DNA of 64,000 nucleotides from Eledone cirrhosa. Lineage: Eukaryota. The DNA lies in the NCBI GenBank assembly GCA_964016885.1, contig OZ024746.1, positions 82,212,001-82,276,000 on the forward strand, read 5' to 3'. Position 1 is the first letter of the stretch. The number at the start of each line of letters is the position of its first letter. Under the pieces are notes generated by a model, which was not told the origin of the DNA, did no database searches, and was given only the letters and a program-made list of their open reading frames with translations. Shown here in pieces: positions 27,164-39,640 of the stretch. The position numbers were made by a program, and so were the translations under genes.

Positions 27164-27640
27164 AAACAATCACAGGGAGTAATTTGTAAAAGTGTGTAAG
27201 CACATATAGCTAGGTAGGTAACTGATTAAAGTTTAACTCGAACTTTAAATATAGATACCTTTTAAAATGATTAACCTTCCTTGTATATATTTCATTAAAG
27301 AAATATATTTCACCATCAATCGATCGGTAAACCACAGTAGCCAAATCCCGGATTTTCAACAAGGGAGAAGATTTAACTATCTGTGTTTACACAGTAAATT
27401 CAAATCTGTGGATGATTAGCAGCACGTGTTGCATTTTTTTAAAATACACACATCGTACCAGCTTCATCCCAGTGGCGTGAATAGGGTTATCGACAACTAG
27501 AAATAGCAGCCGAGTCCTTTCAACTGAGTTAGCTCTACAATTAAGGGAGCCGTATATATATCCAAAATTAAATTAATTAGTTACCTACCTAGCTATGTGT
27601 GCTTTTACACTTTTACAAATTATTCCCTGTGATTGTTTTA
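27164..27640. repeat. Inverted-repeat element, about 65-bp arms, between TA tracts
   Basis: aaacaatcacagggagtaatttgtaaaagtgt..taggtaactgattaa is mirrored at 27572-27639. Confidence 0.8.
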
Positions 27641-28368
27641 TATATATAGAGAAGGATAGAGTCAGAGAATTAAAGTAAGAAAGAGATATGGCGAAAGAAT
27701 CGACTTCAATGCTAGACTGGTACTTTTTTTATCGACCTTTAATGTATGAAAGGCAAAGTTGACCTCGGCGGGATTTGAACTCAGAGGGCAGAGTGCCGAA
27801 ATAATAGGTAACAGACAATGCGCAACTCAAGTAGTAACAACGGAAAACATTACGCAACCGATAGATTCGGGTTCAGTCGAAGAAATGTCCAGTGATATAT
27901 CTACAGGCGGAGACCAGGTCCAAAATCATAACAAACCAAACATAATTATTAAAATAAGATCATTGGGGTGTAACTTTTGACAACCGCAGGATTGTCCGAT
28001 GAGAGGCGAACACCCCAGCAAAAAACGTCATATTCTACTTTAAAGTCGTTCCCTCGAGTGGAATACAAAATTATATAGCGACCGCCTCCAATTCATTTTA
28101 GAAATGATATTAAAATAATAATGATAATAATGAAATTATTGTGTACAGTGCTCAGGTGCACTACAACTCATCAAAGGTGCATGTATAGTACATAGAATAA
28201 TGTACAATTTTTTAAATAAAAATCTAAGCCAAAGCTGAGCTAATAAAATAACTATATTTACTCATAAATATATTCCATATTTAATTAAACATATTAACAT
28301 TATAGCCAGAACATAATAATTTGGGGGACCTAACTTCCCCTCCACTTACACAGACAGACACTTTAGAA

Positions 28369-28688
28369 CAGGGGTGTGCAACATATTCCATTGGCAGGCC
28401 ACTTTTGAACATTGGAACAACTATTAGGGCTATTAATATTTATTAAGCACTATTCCAGAGATTCACTACAACTTCTTTCCATAACATGGAACTAGGAAAT
28501 TATAACACATATAACCCTTATCAGTGAAGCCCTTTAGTATAGGTCAACTAAAATAAAATTGTATTACGGTTACGAACAAAATTCTAAATAAGTCTACTAG
28601 GTAAAAATTAAAAACGGTCATCGCGGGCCACTCTGACTGGTCTGGCGGGACGGATTGTGGCCCGCGAGTCGCCTGTTGCACGCCCCTG
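28369..28688. mobile_element. hAT MITE
   Basis: TIRs CAGGGGTGTGCAACA / TGTTGCACGCCCCTG with 8-bp TSD CTTTAGAA / CTTTAGAC (7 of 8 match). Confidence 0.88.
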
Positions 28689-29253
28689 CTTTAGACCAAT
28701 GAAAAATGTCAACCATCAAACATACATATAAAACACATATGCATATATAAGAGTTCTGTCCCTTCCTCAGTACTGAACAAATATTACAAATACAGCATGA
28801 TAAAAGATCAGGGCCTGTTCTGCATGCTAACACAAAAATGAAGTTCTTTAAAATATTAAATGTAAAATACAAATGGCCGATCATATTATCAAACATCTCA
28901 TAAATTCATTATATACTAATAAATCTTTTGGCCTCTTGTTTTGCTTAAATTAGTATATTATGGTAAATTAGTACTAAATATTACTCGAACGTCCCATAAA
29001 TTGAATATCTGAAAGTATTTAATTAACACAAGGTAATATCCGATAGCAGTTTAAAAAACACCTGTAACCTGAATAATGAAATGATTGTCTTTACCCATAG
29101 ATGAATTATATTTTATTCAACGTCTTTTAATTTTATTTTATTCGATTCTATTTTGTCTAACTATTGCTAAGCTTTACCTGAATATTTAATAAAATGATTA
29201 GATATTCATGTATTTCAACTAACCACTCTGCTAAATTGTTTAAGTTAACTAAA

Positions 29254-29432
29254 TAATTGTGTCTACTTTAGGCACAAGGCCAGCAATTACCCAGTGCATT
29301 ACTGGTACTTTATTTTATCGACCCCGTAAGGATGAAAGGCAAAGTCAACCTCGGCGGGATTTGAACTCAGATCGTAAAAGGACGTAACTATGCTGGAAAG
29401 CATGGCGTCCGACCCTCTACCGATACTGCCAA
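29254..29432 (-). mobile_element. tRNA-derived SINE
   Basis: Reverse complement of the family consensus. Confidence 0.85.
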
Positions 29433-30407
29433 ACTAAATAATAGCCTGTGGACAAACAAAGAAAAAGGCTACAGTTAGCCGCAACTGTATTCCATATAGA
29501 AATAGTAGTTCTAATCATGTTAACTTTATGACCCCGATAATAATTTCGAAATTTCATATTTGATGTGTAACATATACTCGTCGTTCCGATACCTAATTTT
29601 TAAAAGGGCCAAAGTACTACAAAGATTAAGATAGAAATTGGATTAGTTGAGATTGAAAATGAGTAGATTTAATAATCTTAACTAACAGGAATAAAAACAA
29701 GGTAGTAAGCAGTTATAGTAAATTGCAGAAAATATCAATTACTTATAAATACTAATCTCGAAGCCAGATATCTGTCACTAAAAAGAAATCGAATTTCAAA
29801 TTAGAAACACATTAACCCTTTCGTTTCTATATTTATCACGAAAGCACTGCCTCTGATTTTCAAATAATTTTGAAATTAATTAAGAATGTAATTTATATAA
29901 TTAATTTTCTCATAATTAATCAGGTGTTCGGAACTTAACTTATCGGGCAATGAAACCTGGGAATTCACCAGGTTACTGCTGTAGAAAGCATCGTTTACCA
30001 CTGCGGAATGGAAATATTGTGATACGACACCGACATTTTGACTGTCCCAGTTGTTATGAGAAGACAACTCTGTCGAAGCCACGCTTTACAATGTCGTTGA
30101 GAATTACATATTTTTGAAGGTGAGTAGTAAGAGGCTACGTGAGAGTACATAAAATCTGAAAACTTCTACCCGCAACTGCATTTCCATTGCTCACAGATCT
30201 GGACCCTAAGCCTGGAGGGAACGCCGATACGAAGACAGCCGCTGTGCAGCTGAGTACCAGTTGACAGCGAGGGTATAGCGTTCAGCCATCCCTAATCGAG
30301 TATACATATAATTCAAAACTGTTCTAATCATGAGCATTCCGTAATTTTATGTATCTAGGACTACATTGTCCAATATGTTCTTCCGTTTTCCGTTTTCTGT
30401 GATTTAA

Positions 30408-30628
30408 CCCTTTAGCATTCACATTACTCTATATATGCTATTGTATTTTCGCAGTAAAGGTTTTATATTATATAATTATCTCACATAATATCGAATCTAT
30501 GAGATTTTGATATTATTTATTTTCAGAACAATACTTTAACATCAGTTTGAGTGGTTAGTTAGGGCTGGTTTGAACAGAAAGAGGTGAGAGAATTCTAGCC
30601 AGTTACGGCCGGTTTGAATGTTAAAGGG
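30408..30628. mobile_element. piggyBac-type MITE
   Basis: TTAA|CCCTTTAGCATTCA ... TGAATGTTAAAGGG|TTAA. It is inserted into another dispersed repeat whose unsplit form is seen near 58960-59010. Confidence 0.85.
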
Positions 30629-30679
30629 TTAAGAGATGTTTGGCTGTTATTTTTAGCAGAGTGAGTGATCATAAGGCTT

Positions 30680-30737
<58 letters not shown>

Positions 30738-30941
30738 TCGTGTGTGTGTGTGTGCGTTTGTGTTGTTTTTTTTGTAATAATTCATTTCAAAACATGAATG
30801 ATCAACTTGATGTTAATTAACGATCAAGACTAGAACAGTTATTCCCCCTGAAAAAAAATTCTCTGTGATAGTTATTTCCCATTAGAGTTTTTTTTGTTTT
30901 GTTTTTGTTGTTTTTCTTTTCCTTTACATTTACTATTTCAG

Positions 30942-31090
30942 AGCGGCATTAGCTTCCTGCAATTGCGAGCCCCGCGAAGTGGAGTGGCTGTTTCAGCGCA
31001 TCTCTCTCGCCTTTCTCTGGGGAAATAACTTCTCCATCCTGTCAGCAGGGATCACAAGGCAGTCTGACCCTTAACTTGCATTAATAAATT
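30942..31090 (+). mobile_element. Extreme 3' fragment of a CRE-like RLE element
   Basis: Reads EPREVEWLFQRISLAFLWGNNFSIL, homologous to DPRELEWLFQRVSLNILR in the 8652-8870 ORF. Confidence 0.6.
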
Positions 31091-31147
31091 TCAAGACAGT
31101 TATCTAATAAAGTTGTAGTTTGATTGCTTAGGTTCTCATTATTTAGA

Positions 31148-31841
31148 TGGGCGGTGGATTGGCAGTATCAGTAGAGGGTTGGACACTATGCTTTGCAGCA
31201 TAGAGTTACGTCCCTTTACGGTCTAAATTCAAAACCCGCCGAGGTTAACTTTGCCTTTCATCCTTACAAGGTCGATAAAATTAAGTACCAGTAATGCACT
31301 GGGATAATTGCTGGCCTTGTACCAAAAGTAGAAACAATTATTTAGATGGTGTTTGGAATATAACAAAGGTACTTAGTTAAAATTATCGATTCCAATATTG
31401 AAACTTATTATCTAGGCGGTGTATTGGCAGTATCGGTAGAGGGTCGGACGCCATGCTTTGCAGCATAGAGTTATGTCCCTTTACGGGTTCAAATCCCGCT
31501 GAGGTTAGCTTTGCCTTTCATCCTTACTGGGTCGATAAAATAAAGTACCAGTAATACACTGGGCTCGATTTAATCGAAAAAAATTGTTGGTCTTGTGCCT
31601 AAATCAGAAACTATTATTTTAAGGGCGGTAGATTGACAGTATCGGTAGAGCGTTGGACAACATGCTTTGCGGCATAGAGTTATGGCTCTTTACGTTCTTG
31701 GTTCAAATCCCGACGAAGTCAGCTTTGCCTTTCATCCTGACGGGGTTGATAAAATAAAGTACCAATAACGCACTGGGCTTGATTTAATTGATTTCCCCTC
31801 CCCTAAGATAATTGGCCGTGTGCCTAAACCAGATACCATTA
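31148..31841 (+). mobile_element. Cluster of three same-orientation tRNA-derived SINEs
   Basis: Copies at about 31148-31340, 31415-31617 and 31623-31841. Confidence 0.85.
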
Positions 31842-32474
31842 TAACCTTATAAAACAAGCTGAGCCTTTACCGTGTTTGTCGAAGTAGCCTTACAAAATAA
31901 CACTAAATAAATGCACAATATAGCACATTTGTTAGAGCAAGAATATAGAATTATTTAGGGAATAGGTCAAACCAGAGATGCCATCTGCTTGAAAAAGAAC
32001 GGATATATTTAACGCATATAGAAACTTGTCAAACTAAAAATACAGGAAGAAAAGAAGGAATGTAAAATATGAAACGAAAGCAAATCCTAAAATAACTTGC
32101 TGTGAGATGAAAAACTTTTGGTTTATTCTAAAACAGTTCTGCCTCGTTGATAATCAAAACGTTTTCAAAGTAGAAAGGAGTTAAAAATCAATCAACTATA
32201 TAGAGAGAGAAGTAAGCACATGACAAGCCGATAATGTAACTAATTTGCAATTCTCGTCACTTCATGGCTCATAAACTGCTAATACTGTTTTAAAAGGCAT
32301 GAAAATCACAATTACTCAGCGGGTGGTTTATGCTAATTTTCTGAGTGTTTTGTTTACGTTTTAAGACACTCACCCCCTCCCCCATATATATATACAGGTT
32401 GTCCTAAAAAAATGTATACATACTTCAACAGCATTCTACAGGTAATAAAAGTGTAAGCATTTTGGGAAGATATC

Positions 32475-32576
<102 letters not shown>

Positions 32577-32676
32577 TAATATATATATAGGAAAAAGTAT
32601 TACCCACTCTACTACCCTAAGTATTGAGTACTCTGGTGCGTTATGGTCTATCTGGTTCCTTACCACAATTCCTTCG

Positions 32677-32754
<78 letters not shown>

Positions 32755-32761
32755 GTATGTA

Positions 32762-33425
32762 TATGGAGAGTTGGTTAAAGGAAAACGACCTCCACATAAA
32801 CCAAAAAAGTGGTATAAGGATTCCTTTAAAGACTCTTTGAAAGACGCTAACATCTCTGCTGATACATGGGAAAATATTGCTGCTGATCGTAATAAATGGA
32901 GAAAGACTGTATATGAGGGAAAAGTTGCCTTTGAGACATCTCGAATCGCATACGAGAAAGTAAAGCGGGATGTGAGGAAGGGCATTGCTGTTGCACTTTC
33001 AGGCGGAGAGGGTCCTCCTATGGTGCTGACATGCAGCTTCTGTGTGAGACTCTGCCTAAGCAAAGCTGGACTCGAAAGTCATCTTCGCAGTCATAAAGTA
33101 AGACCAGTGGTTGACTACCAGGCTGCTGTTGGAGATGCTACTCATCATGCTTGCCAAACATGTGGTAGAGAATGTAAATCAGCAGGAAGGCTCAAGCGAC
33201 ATACAAAAGTACATGAACTCCAACCACAGCCGACTATTCCCAGTGAATGTTTTGGTGGCCGACTCTGTGCAAGACATTTTAGATCATTGGCTGGGCTAAA
33301 AAGCCACATTCGATCGCAGCGCTGTTAGTTGCTATCGTGTGTGTGTGTATAGATATGTTTATGTGTGTGCGTGTGTGTATATATGTATATTATTATTGTT
33401 GTTGTTGTCGTCGTTATTATTATTG

Positions 33426-33472
<47 letters not shown>
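32762..33472 (+). mobile_element. 5'-truncated RTE LINE (3' end with C2H2 fingers and (ATT)n tail)
   Basis: Near-identical to 48919-49630. It starts directly from a (TATG)n tract with TATG microhomology. Confidence 0.92.
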
Positions 33473-33474
<2 letters not shown>

Positions 33475-33476
33475 AG

Positions 33477-36400
33477 TTGCATTTATCTTGCTTTATGTTC
33501 ATACGAGTTATCACCAAGTCACAACCAGTGACCTCAAGAGACAACAAGGTCCGCCATGTTCAAGAAAGAACATACATATTCACACATGCATCTTTAGTGT
33601 TTAGACTTGTGATGTACTTATATTGACAGAATCTTCGTTAGTATATGGGCAGTTCCCATTAGTACTATCTTTTGTATTTCTCCTATACGCGGGTTTCCTG
33701 GGATTTGCGATAAGTAATCATTAGACCCCTTAGGTATCATTCCCAGAGCGCCTACAACCACTGGTATTGTTTTAGTTCTCAATTTCCACATTTTTCCAAT
33801 TTCTATCTCCAGGTCCTTATACTTGCTCAATTTTTCAAATGTTTTTATAGATACATTCTTGTCTATTGGAACAGACATATCAATTAGCAGGCATGCCCTC
33901 TTTTGAAAGTCTTTTAATAGTATATCAGGTCTGTTTGCATCTATGTGATCTTTTTCAAGTATGGGAGGTGGTTGATGCTCCCACCAATTCTTTTGATGGG
34001 GCAGGTCAAAATGCTTACACATTATCCAATGTATGTATTGTGCAGCTCTGTCATGCCTGTTTAGGTATTCGGTTGGAGCTATAGGACTGCACATTGAAAT
34101 TATATGGTCAATGGTCTCTGGTTGTTTTTTGCATACACGGCATAATGGGCTGCACCCATTTTTTATTATGTTGGCTTGGTAATTTTTTGTTGGCAGACAC
34201 TGATCTTGTGCCGATATAATCAGTCCTTCAGTCTCAGATTTCAGTCCAGAGGATGCCAACCACTGATGGGTTAAAGTTTTGTCAACATCAGGATTGTTAG
34301 CTCGCTCTGGGTATTTTCCATACAGCGGCTTTTCTTGCCATTTCTTAGCCAGTTTCTGTAGCAGTTCTTTCTTTGCAGTTACTTTTACCTGCTTTGCTTT
34401 TTCTGTGTTTTCCATTTCAGCAGTAAATGGGACTTCTGAAATTTGTAGTCCATTACTGTATCTTTGTGCATCTTTTGTAATGGAATATGATCTTTTGATG
34501 CTTTCGTGTTTCAAAACGAGTTTGATCATCCAATCATGTGATTCCCTTAGATATGTAGATAATCCAATTGTTGCAGTTTTCAACGCAATGTCTAACTGGA
34601 TTAACCCACGTCCTCCTTCTTTCCTAGGGAGATATATTCTATCTATATCTGCCTTAGGGTGATGCATTCTGTGCATGGTTAAGAATTTTCGAATTTTTGT
34701 ATCGAGCCTACGGATCTCTGTGCTTGACCAGTTGATGACATTGTAACTGTAGGTTACTACTGGTATGGCAAGCGTGTTTATGGCATCGATCCTATTCCTT
34801 GCATTCAATTCCGTTCTTAAGATTGCTCTTACTCTGCGGTAACATTCCTTTCTTATCCTTTCCCTCATTGTCGAGTGCTTGATTCCGTCTCCTTCACAAA
34901 CACCCAGATATCTGTAAGTTTTTTCTTGATCAAGTTCTCTTATCACGTTCCCCCGATCAAGATTAATGTCTGAACTCTTCAGCAGCTTTCCTCTGGTGAA
35001 CGTTGCTTTGGCGCATTTATCTAGTCCAAACTCCATTTTAATGTCATCACTGAACTGCTTCACAGTGGATAATAGCCCTTGCAATTGTTCATCATTTTTT
35101 GCAAATAGTTTCAGGTCATCCATGTAGAACAGGTGATTAATGGTTTTGTCATAGACTTTATATCCATGTTTTGTTTCATTGAGCATTTTACTTAATGGTA
35201 TAAGTGCGATGCAGAATAAAAGCGGTGATAAAGAGTCACCCTGAAAAATTCCACAATTAATATTAACTTCTCCAGCTTCCAGTGATTTTGTTTCACTATT
35301 CAAAAGGAGTGTCGTTTTCCATGTCTTCATACTGAATGACAACGGGGGATATTTTGAAAATCTCTAAACATTTTTCAATCCAACTGTGTGGCAAACTATC
35401 GAATGCTTTTTTATAATCTATCCAAGCAATCGATAGATTTTTGTGTCTATTATGACAATCTTCCAGTATCATTTTGTTAACCAGAAGCTGATCCTTACAG
35501 CCATATGAGCCTCGTTTACACCCTTTCTGCTCAATGGGAAATAGGTCATTTGTTATCAGGTGGTCATATGTGTATTCAGTTAGGACTGATGTTAAAATGT
35601 TATACATTGTGGTCAAGCAAGTTATCGGTCTGTAATTTTTGGGATTGTTTGTCTCATCATTCTTCGGAAGCAGGAATGTAATGCCGTTAACTAGCCATGA
35701 AGGTATCTTTTATGGCTCCTTAACTATTTCATTGTAAAGTTGGGCTAACAGCTCATGAGACTCTGTGAAGGCATTTATCCAAAAGTTTTGTATTTTGTCC
35801 TTTCCTGGGGATTTCCATTTGCTGGTTTTTCTTAGAGCCAAGCGCAACTGTTCAACTGTTATATTTTCCCATGTTTGTTCCTCAATGTGAGCTGTATCTT
35901 TCATTTGTCTGTCTATCCATGGGGCATGTATGTTATGAACTTTTTCTTCGGCCCAGATCTTTTCCCAGAATTCTTGCACTTCCTCCTTGGGTGGTATTGA
36001 TTTAGCAGTTATTGTTGACTTACCAATTTTTCTGTAGAAGTTTCTTTGGTTGTTTTTGAACATATTATTGTCCTTATAGAATCTAGATCGTTTTTCAAAG
36101 CGCCTTATACGAGCAGCTTTGGCCGACACTTTTTGCTTGATTATTTCTATCAGCATGTCTATGTCACATGTTGATTTTATACTGTACTTTTTTTTCAATT
36201 TTCTAAGTTTAGTTTGTTTAACATGTTCACCTACTTTATAGTTTGTTAAAATTTCTATGTCAGATCGGAGAAGGTTTATTTGGCGATTGATGTTCTCTTG
36301 CCAAGTAGATTTCTTGTGGGAATTCCTTTGTTTTTTCATCTTCACTCCACATAAGTGAGTGGTGACTTTAGCCGATGCATAATAGAGATGATTTAAATCA

Positions 36401-37375
36401 GTAATGTTTAGTTTGTTTGTGATGATAATGTTTTTGAGAATTATGTTAGTCTTGTGTATTATCTTTTGGTTCTGTTTGGAGTTCTGGATTTTAGGGAGGG
36501 TGTCTCGTTGCCCCATGTCAGATTCTTTCATTTTCATCCATTCGATCATAATTTCATCCTTCAAGTTGGCAAGTTCATTCTCATTCATTTCTTTATCATT
36601 TACGATCTCATTATTTTCATTTGGAGTTTCATCCTGAGCATGCACTCCCTCCACTTTTTCGATCCTTTCTTTAATTTGTTCTGTTGCCAGTGATTCCGCC
36701 CCAACCCTGGGATTCGAAGTGTTACAGTTTACCTCGTTTTCACTGACACATGTTTCATTTTCCCTTCGCTGACTTTGTGCTAATAGCTTGATCTGATCAA
36801 TTTCTATATCAGTTAGTAACTTTTTTCTTACAATATTTCTTCGTATATTGGCTAGTTTGTTACTGTCAATATAGCCTCTGTTTTCGGGATGTTTCTTTTT
36901 CCAGTTGATATATGTCTGTTCTGTATTTGATGTATTTGATGGGTAGTACATGGCAGTGTAGAAAGCCTCAAGGACTTCTTTATTATCTTCCCTTGACCAT
37001 TTTTCTCTCTTTTTCTTTGGATTTCTTGGTGGTGAGCATGGAGGGCCAACAGTAGGAGTATTCCGGTTATGGGAGGTCTCCAGCTCCGAAGTGATGGGAA
37101 GGTTTGAACCATTAGCTGATTTTTCGACCCCAGTCTGGTTCCTCTCTGAGGGACGCGGCCCTTTTTTACCCGGGTGACGGCCGATCCGGTATGAGATTTT
37201 ATCATTAGACATTTACTTTATTTTGTCGCGTTTTATCCTTATCCGCCAAGGGGTAATCATTTCGTGTTACCACTTCTAGAACGAGTGTCAACCAAGACTA
37301 GAGGGGTCGTTCTCCCCTAGAGACACGGCTATTCCCCGCCGGCCGCCATCCCGGTATTTCTTGGTCACGGGGTTT
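33477..37375 (-). mobile_element. Near full-length R4/Dong-like RLE non-LTR retrotransposon, family A, copy 1
   Basis: One large ORF broken into 35710-37212, 35296-35616 and 33618-35342. N-terminal KWSREDNKEVLEAFY, KSPGKD, IDYKKAFDS, QGDSLSP, YMDD, CCHC knuckle, RHD and RPD..D..K RLE. The 3' end abuts (TAA)n. Confidence 0.95.
33618..37212 (-). pseudogene. RT-zinc knuckle-RLE polyprotein, frameshifted
   Basis: Relative to copy 2 it has a 14-nt deletion at 35340 (TGACA microhomology) and an in-frame 14-codon deletion (SILWNFSIQTDRKI) at about 33944. A further break lies near 35700. Confidence 0.9.
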
Positions 37376-38223
37376 TCTTTTTGTTTTTTTTTTTTAATTG
37401 TTATTATCATGAGTGGTTCCTTAATGTGAGCATTGCGTGGCTTAAGAATGAAATTATTAATAATTGTCTCCACTCCAGGCACAAGGCCAGCAATCACCCA
37501 GTGCATTACAATAATATAATATACTTTTTGTTGTAGTTGGCTGTTATTGTTGTTGGCTATGTCGGTGGTGGTGCCGGGGCTTTTTATATTGTTGGTGAGG
37601 AAGGGGTGAGCCAGCAGTCCCATAGTTGTTGATGTTGACGGTGGCCAGGTCACTAAGTCAATCTATTTATATCTTTTGCTAGCCTCTCCCTTGTCTAGTG
37701 ATACCGCCACCTTCCCCTTTCTCTCTCAAGTTAACAGGGGAATAGTGGTGGTAGCATTGAAGGAGTGGTGGCGGCGACAGTATCTATGAGTTTGTGTTCG
37801 TATGTTTAATATATATTTTTATTATATTTTGTGTTGACATATTCCCGTAAAATTGGAATTAAACATTTTTTTTTTAAATTTGAGACAATAATAATAGTAA
37901 TTCTATAATAGTAATTCTATAATGTGGTGGCAGCAGCCAGCGAGGAGATGTGGGAGACAGTAGCGGCGGTATCGATACTGAGACAGTGGTGGTGGTGATG
38001 TCGATACCGAGGCAGTGGTGGTGGTGATGTGATCGTATTACTGTAGTGATGGTGTTGTAGCGGTGGTAGGAATGAAGGAGTGGTGGCGGCGGTGATGGGA
38101 TAGTGGTGGTAATGATGGAGCACTCGACGAAGTATGCAGATTGGTTTGTTTACTCCGGAGTAATGTAAAATAATTAAGTCAAATATGTAAAAGTTGGCTT
38201 CGTTTATTATAAATTATTGATAT

Positions 38224-38278
38224 ACTGCTATATATATTTCGGTGACAGCCATCATTGGCTGCGACCTCTTCAGGCAGT
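38224..38278 (-). ncRNA. Type I minimal hammerhead motif
   Basis: actgc-CTGAAGA-ggtcgcagcca atga tggctgtcacc-GAAA-TATATA-TA-gcagt. Confidence 0.75.
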
Positions 38279-38359
38279 CCGAATTGGACATATCGATGTA
38301 TTGACGGAGTAAAACACACTTCAACAACATGTGTACCTGTCTTTTCCACACCAATTCGG

Positions 38360-38414
38360 ACTGCCTGAAGAGGTCACAGCCAATGATGGCTGTCACCGAA
38401 ATGTCTATAGCAGT
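38360..38414 (+). ncRNA. Type I minimal hammerhead motif
   Basis: actgc-CTGAAGA-ggtcacagcca atga tggctgtcacc-GAAA-TGTCTA-TA-gcagt. Confidence 0.7.
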
Positions 38415-38645
38415 ATATCTATAATTTATAATAAACGAAACCAAATTTTACATATTTGACTTAATTATTTTAAATATATATAATGACAGGACGTAGACGG
38501 CGGTCAGAGATGAGCTTTTTATTTTTAATTTGGTATGATATTAATACTTTTTCTTCTGTCATTCATACTCCTTTTTTTCTTTTACTCTACTTTAATATAG
38601 AATTTAAGTCGAAACGTCAGATCTGTTTCTTTCTTTTCATTCACT

Positions 38646-38713
<68 letters not shown>

Positions 38714-38862
38714 CAAGAACGATTTGTTAAGCCTTCATTACGTTTATTGATTGGTGACGCACGTTTCGTTATTGTTCAGCTCAAGGTTCGATCTGTATCG
38801 ATCTGGCCCGACTCTGGAATATATATATATATATATAACTTAAGCCAAAATCTCAATTTAGG

Positions 38863-39213
38863 GGGATATAAGCTAGACCGACTAAAATAAGTTAGTTTTA
38901 CTTATACAGTTCCCGGAAAATGGTTTCTGGAACTCAAAAAACAACATTAATCATTCCACGACGGGCTTATATTGATGCTGGAAATAGCAGTCAAAACCGT
39001 CTAAATCTGCTCGACAATGATGGAGCAGTTAATATCAATTGATAAAGTTAACTGTCATAAACATCTCAATGAAAGGATAAAATACATTTATAAATTATCT
39101 ACTCAGAGAAGTAATAAAATATATTAAACTTACGCTAAAACTATAAATTGGCGAGGAGTCAGGATATAAGCTAGACCGACAAAAATAAGTCGGTTTTACT
39201 TATACAGTTCCCC
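38863..39213 (+). repeat. Direct repeat of a 51-bp hairpin-forming unit, about 300 bp apart
   Basis: ggatataagctagaccgac.aaaataagt..gttttacttatacagttccc at about 38863-38913 and 39162-39212. Confidence 0.8.
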
Positions 39214-39410
39214 GACTATGATATATATATATACCAAACATTGGATGAAGCATCAACATTTCTTCATTACAAATAACAAAGAATCTTTGTTGCTCTTCCA
39301 AAGAAAAACATCAATGTACATTCAATTTATAGAGACGTTATTCAACAGTATGAACATTAAATCTACTTAATGTATAAATCTATCTTAAACTTGATATATG
39401 TTCGACGCTG

Positions 39411-39416
<6 letters not shown>

Positions 39417-39509
<93 letters not shown>

Positions 39510-39548
39510 GCGTGTGCGCGTGTGTGTTTGTGTGTGCGTGTATGTATG

Positions 39549-39636
<88 letters not shown>

Positions 39637-39640
39637 GTTA
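39417..39640. repeat. Compound (TG)n/(TA)n/(TTG)n microsatellite
   Basis: Direct inspection. Confidence 0.97.

Larger units (their letters stand above)
38166..38472. mobile_element. Palindromic non-coding element (about 122-bp arms, 63-bp spacer) with a hammerhead motif in each arm
   Basis: Arms at 38166-38287 and 38351-38472 are reverse complements with few mismatches. Confidence 0.85.

Noticed and set aside
29876-30290. Moderately GC-rich unique stretch as a possible host exon
   Set aside because: No recognisable protein motif or convincing splice pair. It would need RNA-seq.
30920-31060. Polypyrimidine tract plus CAG suggesting an exon
   Set aside because: The downstream peptide matches the CRE-like retrotransposon end also seen at 8652.
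31148-31841. CRISPR-like regular repeats
   Set aside because: These are SINE copies of about 190-220 bp in eukaryotic DNA, with no repeat-spacer periodicity and no cas genes.
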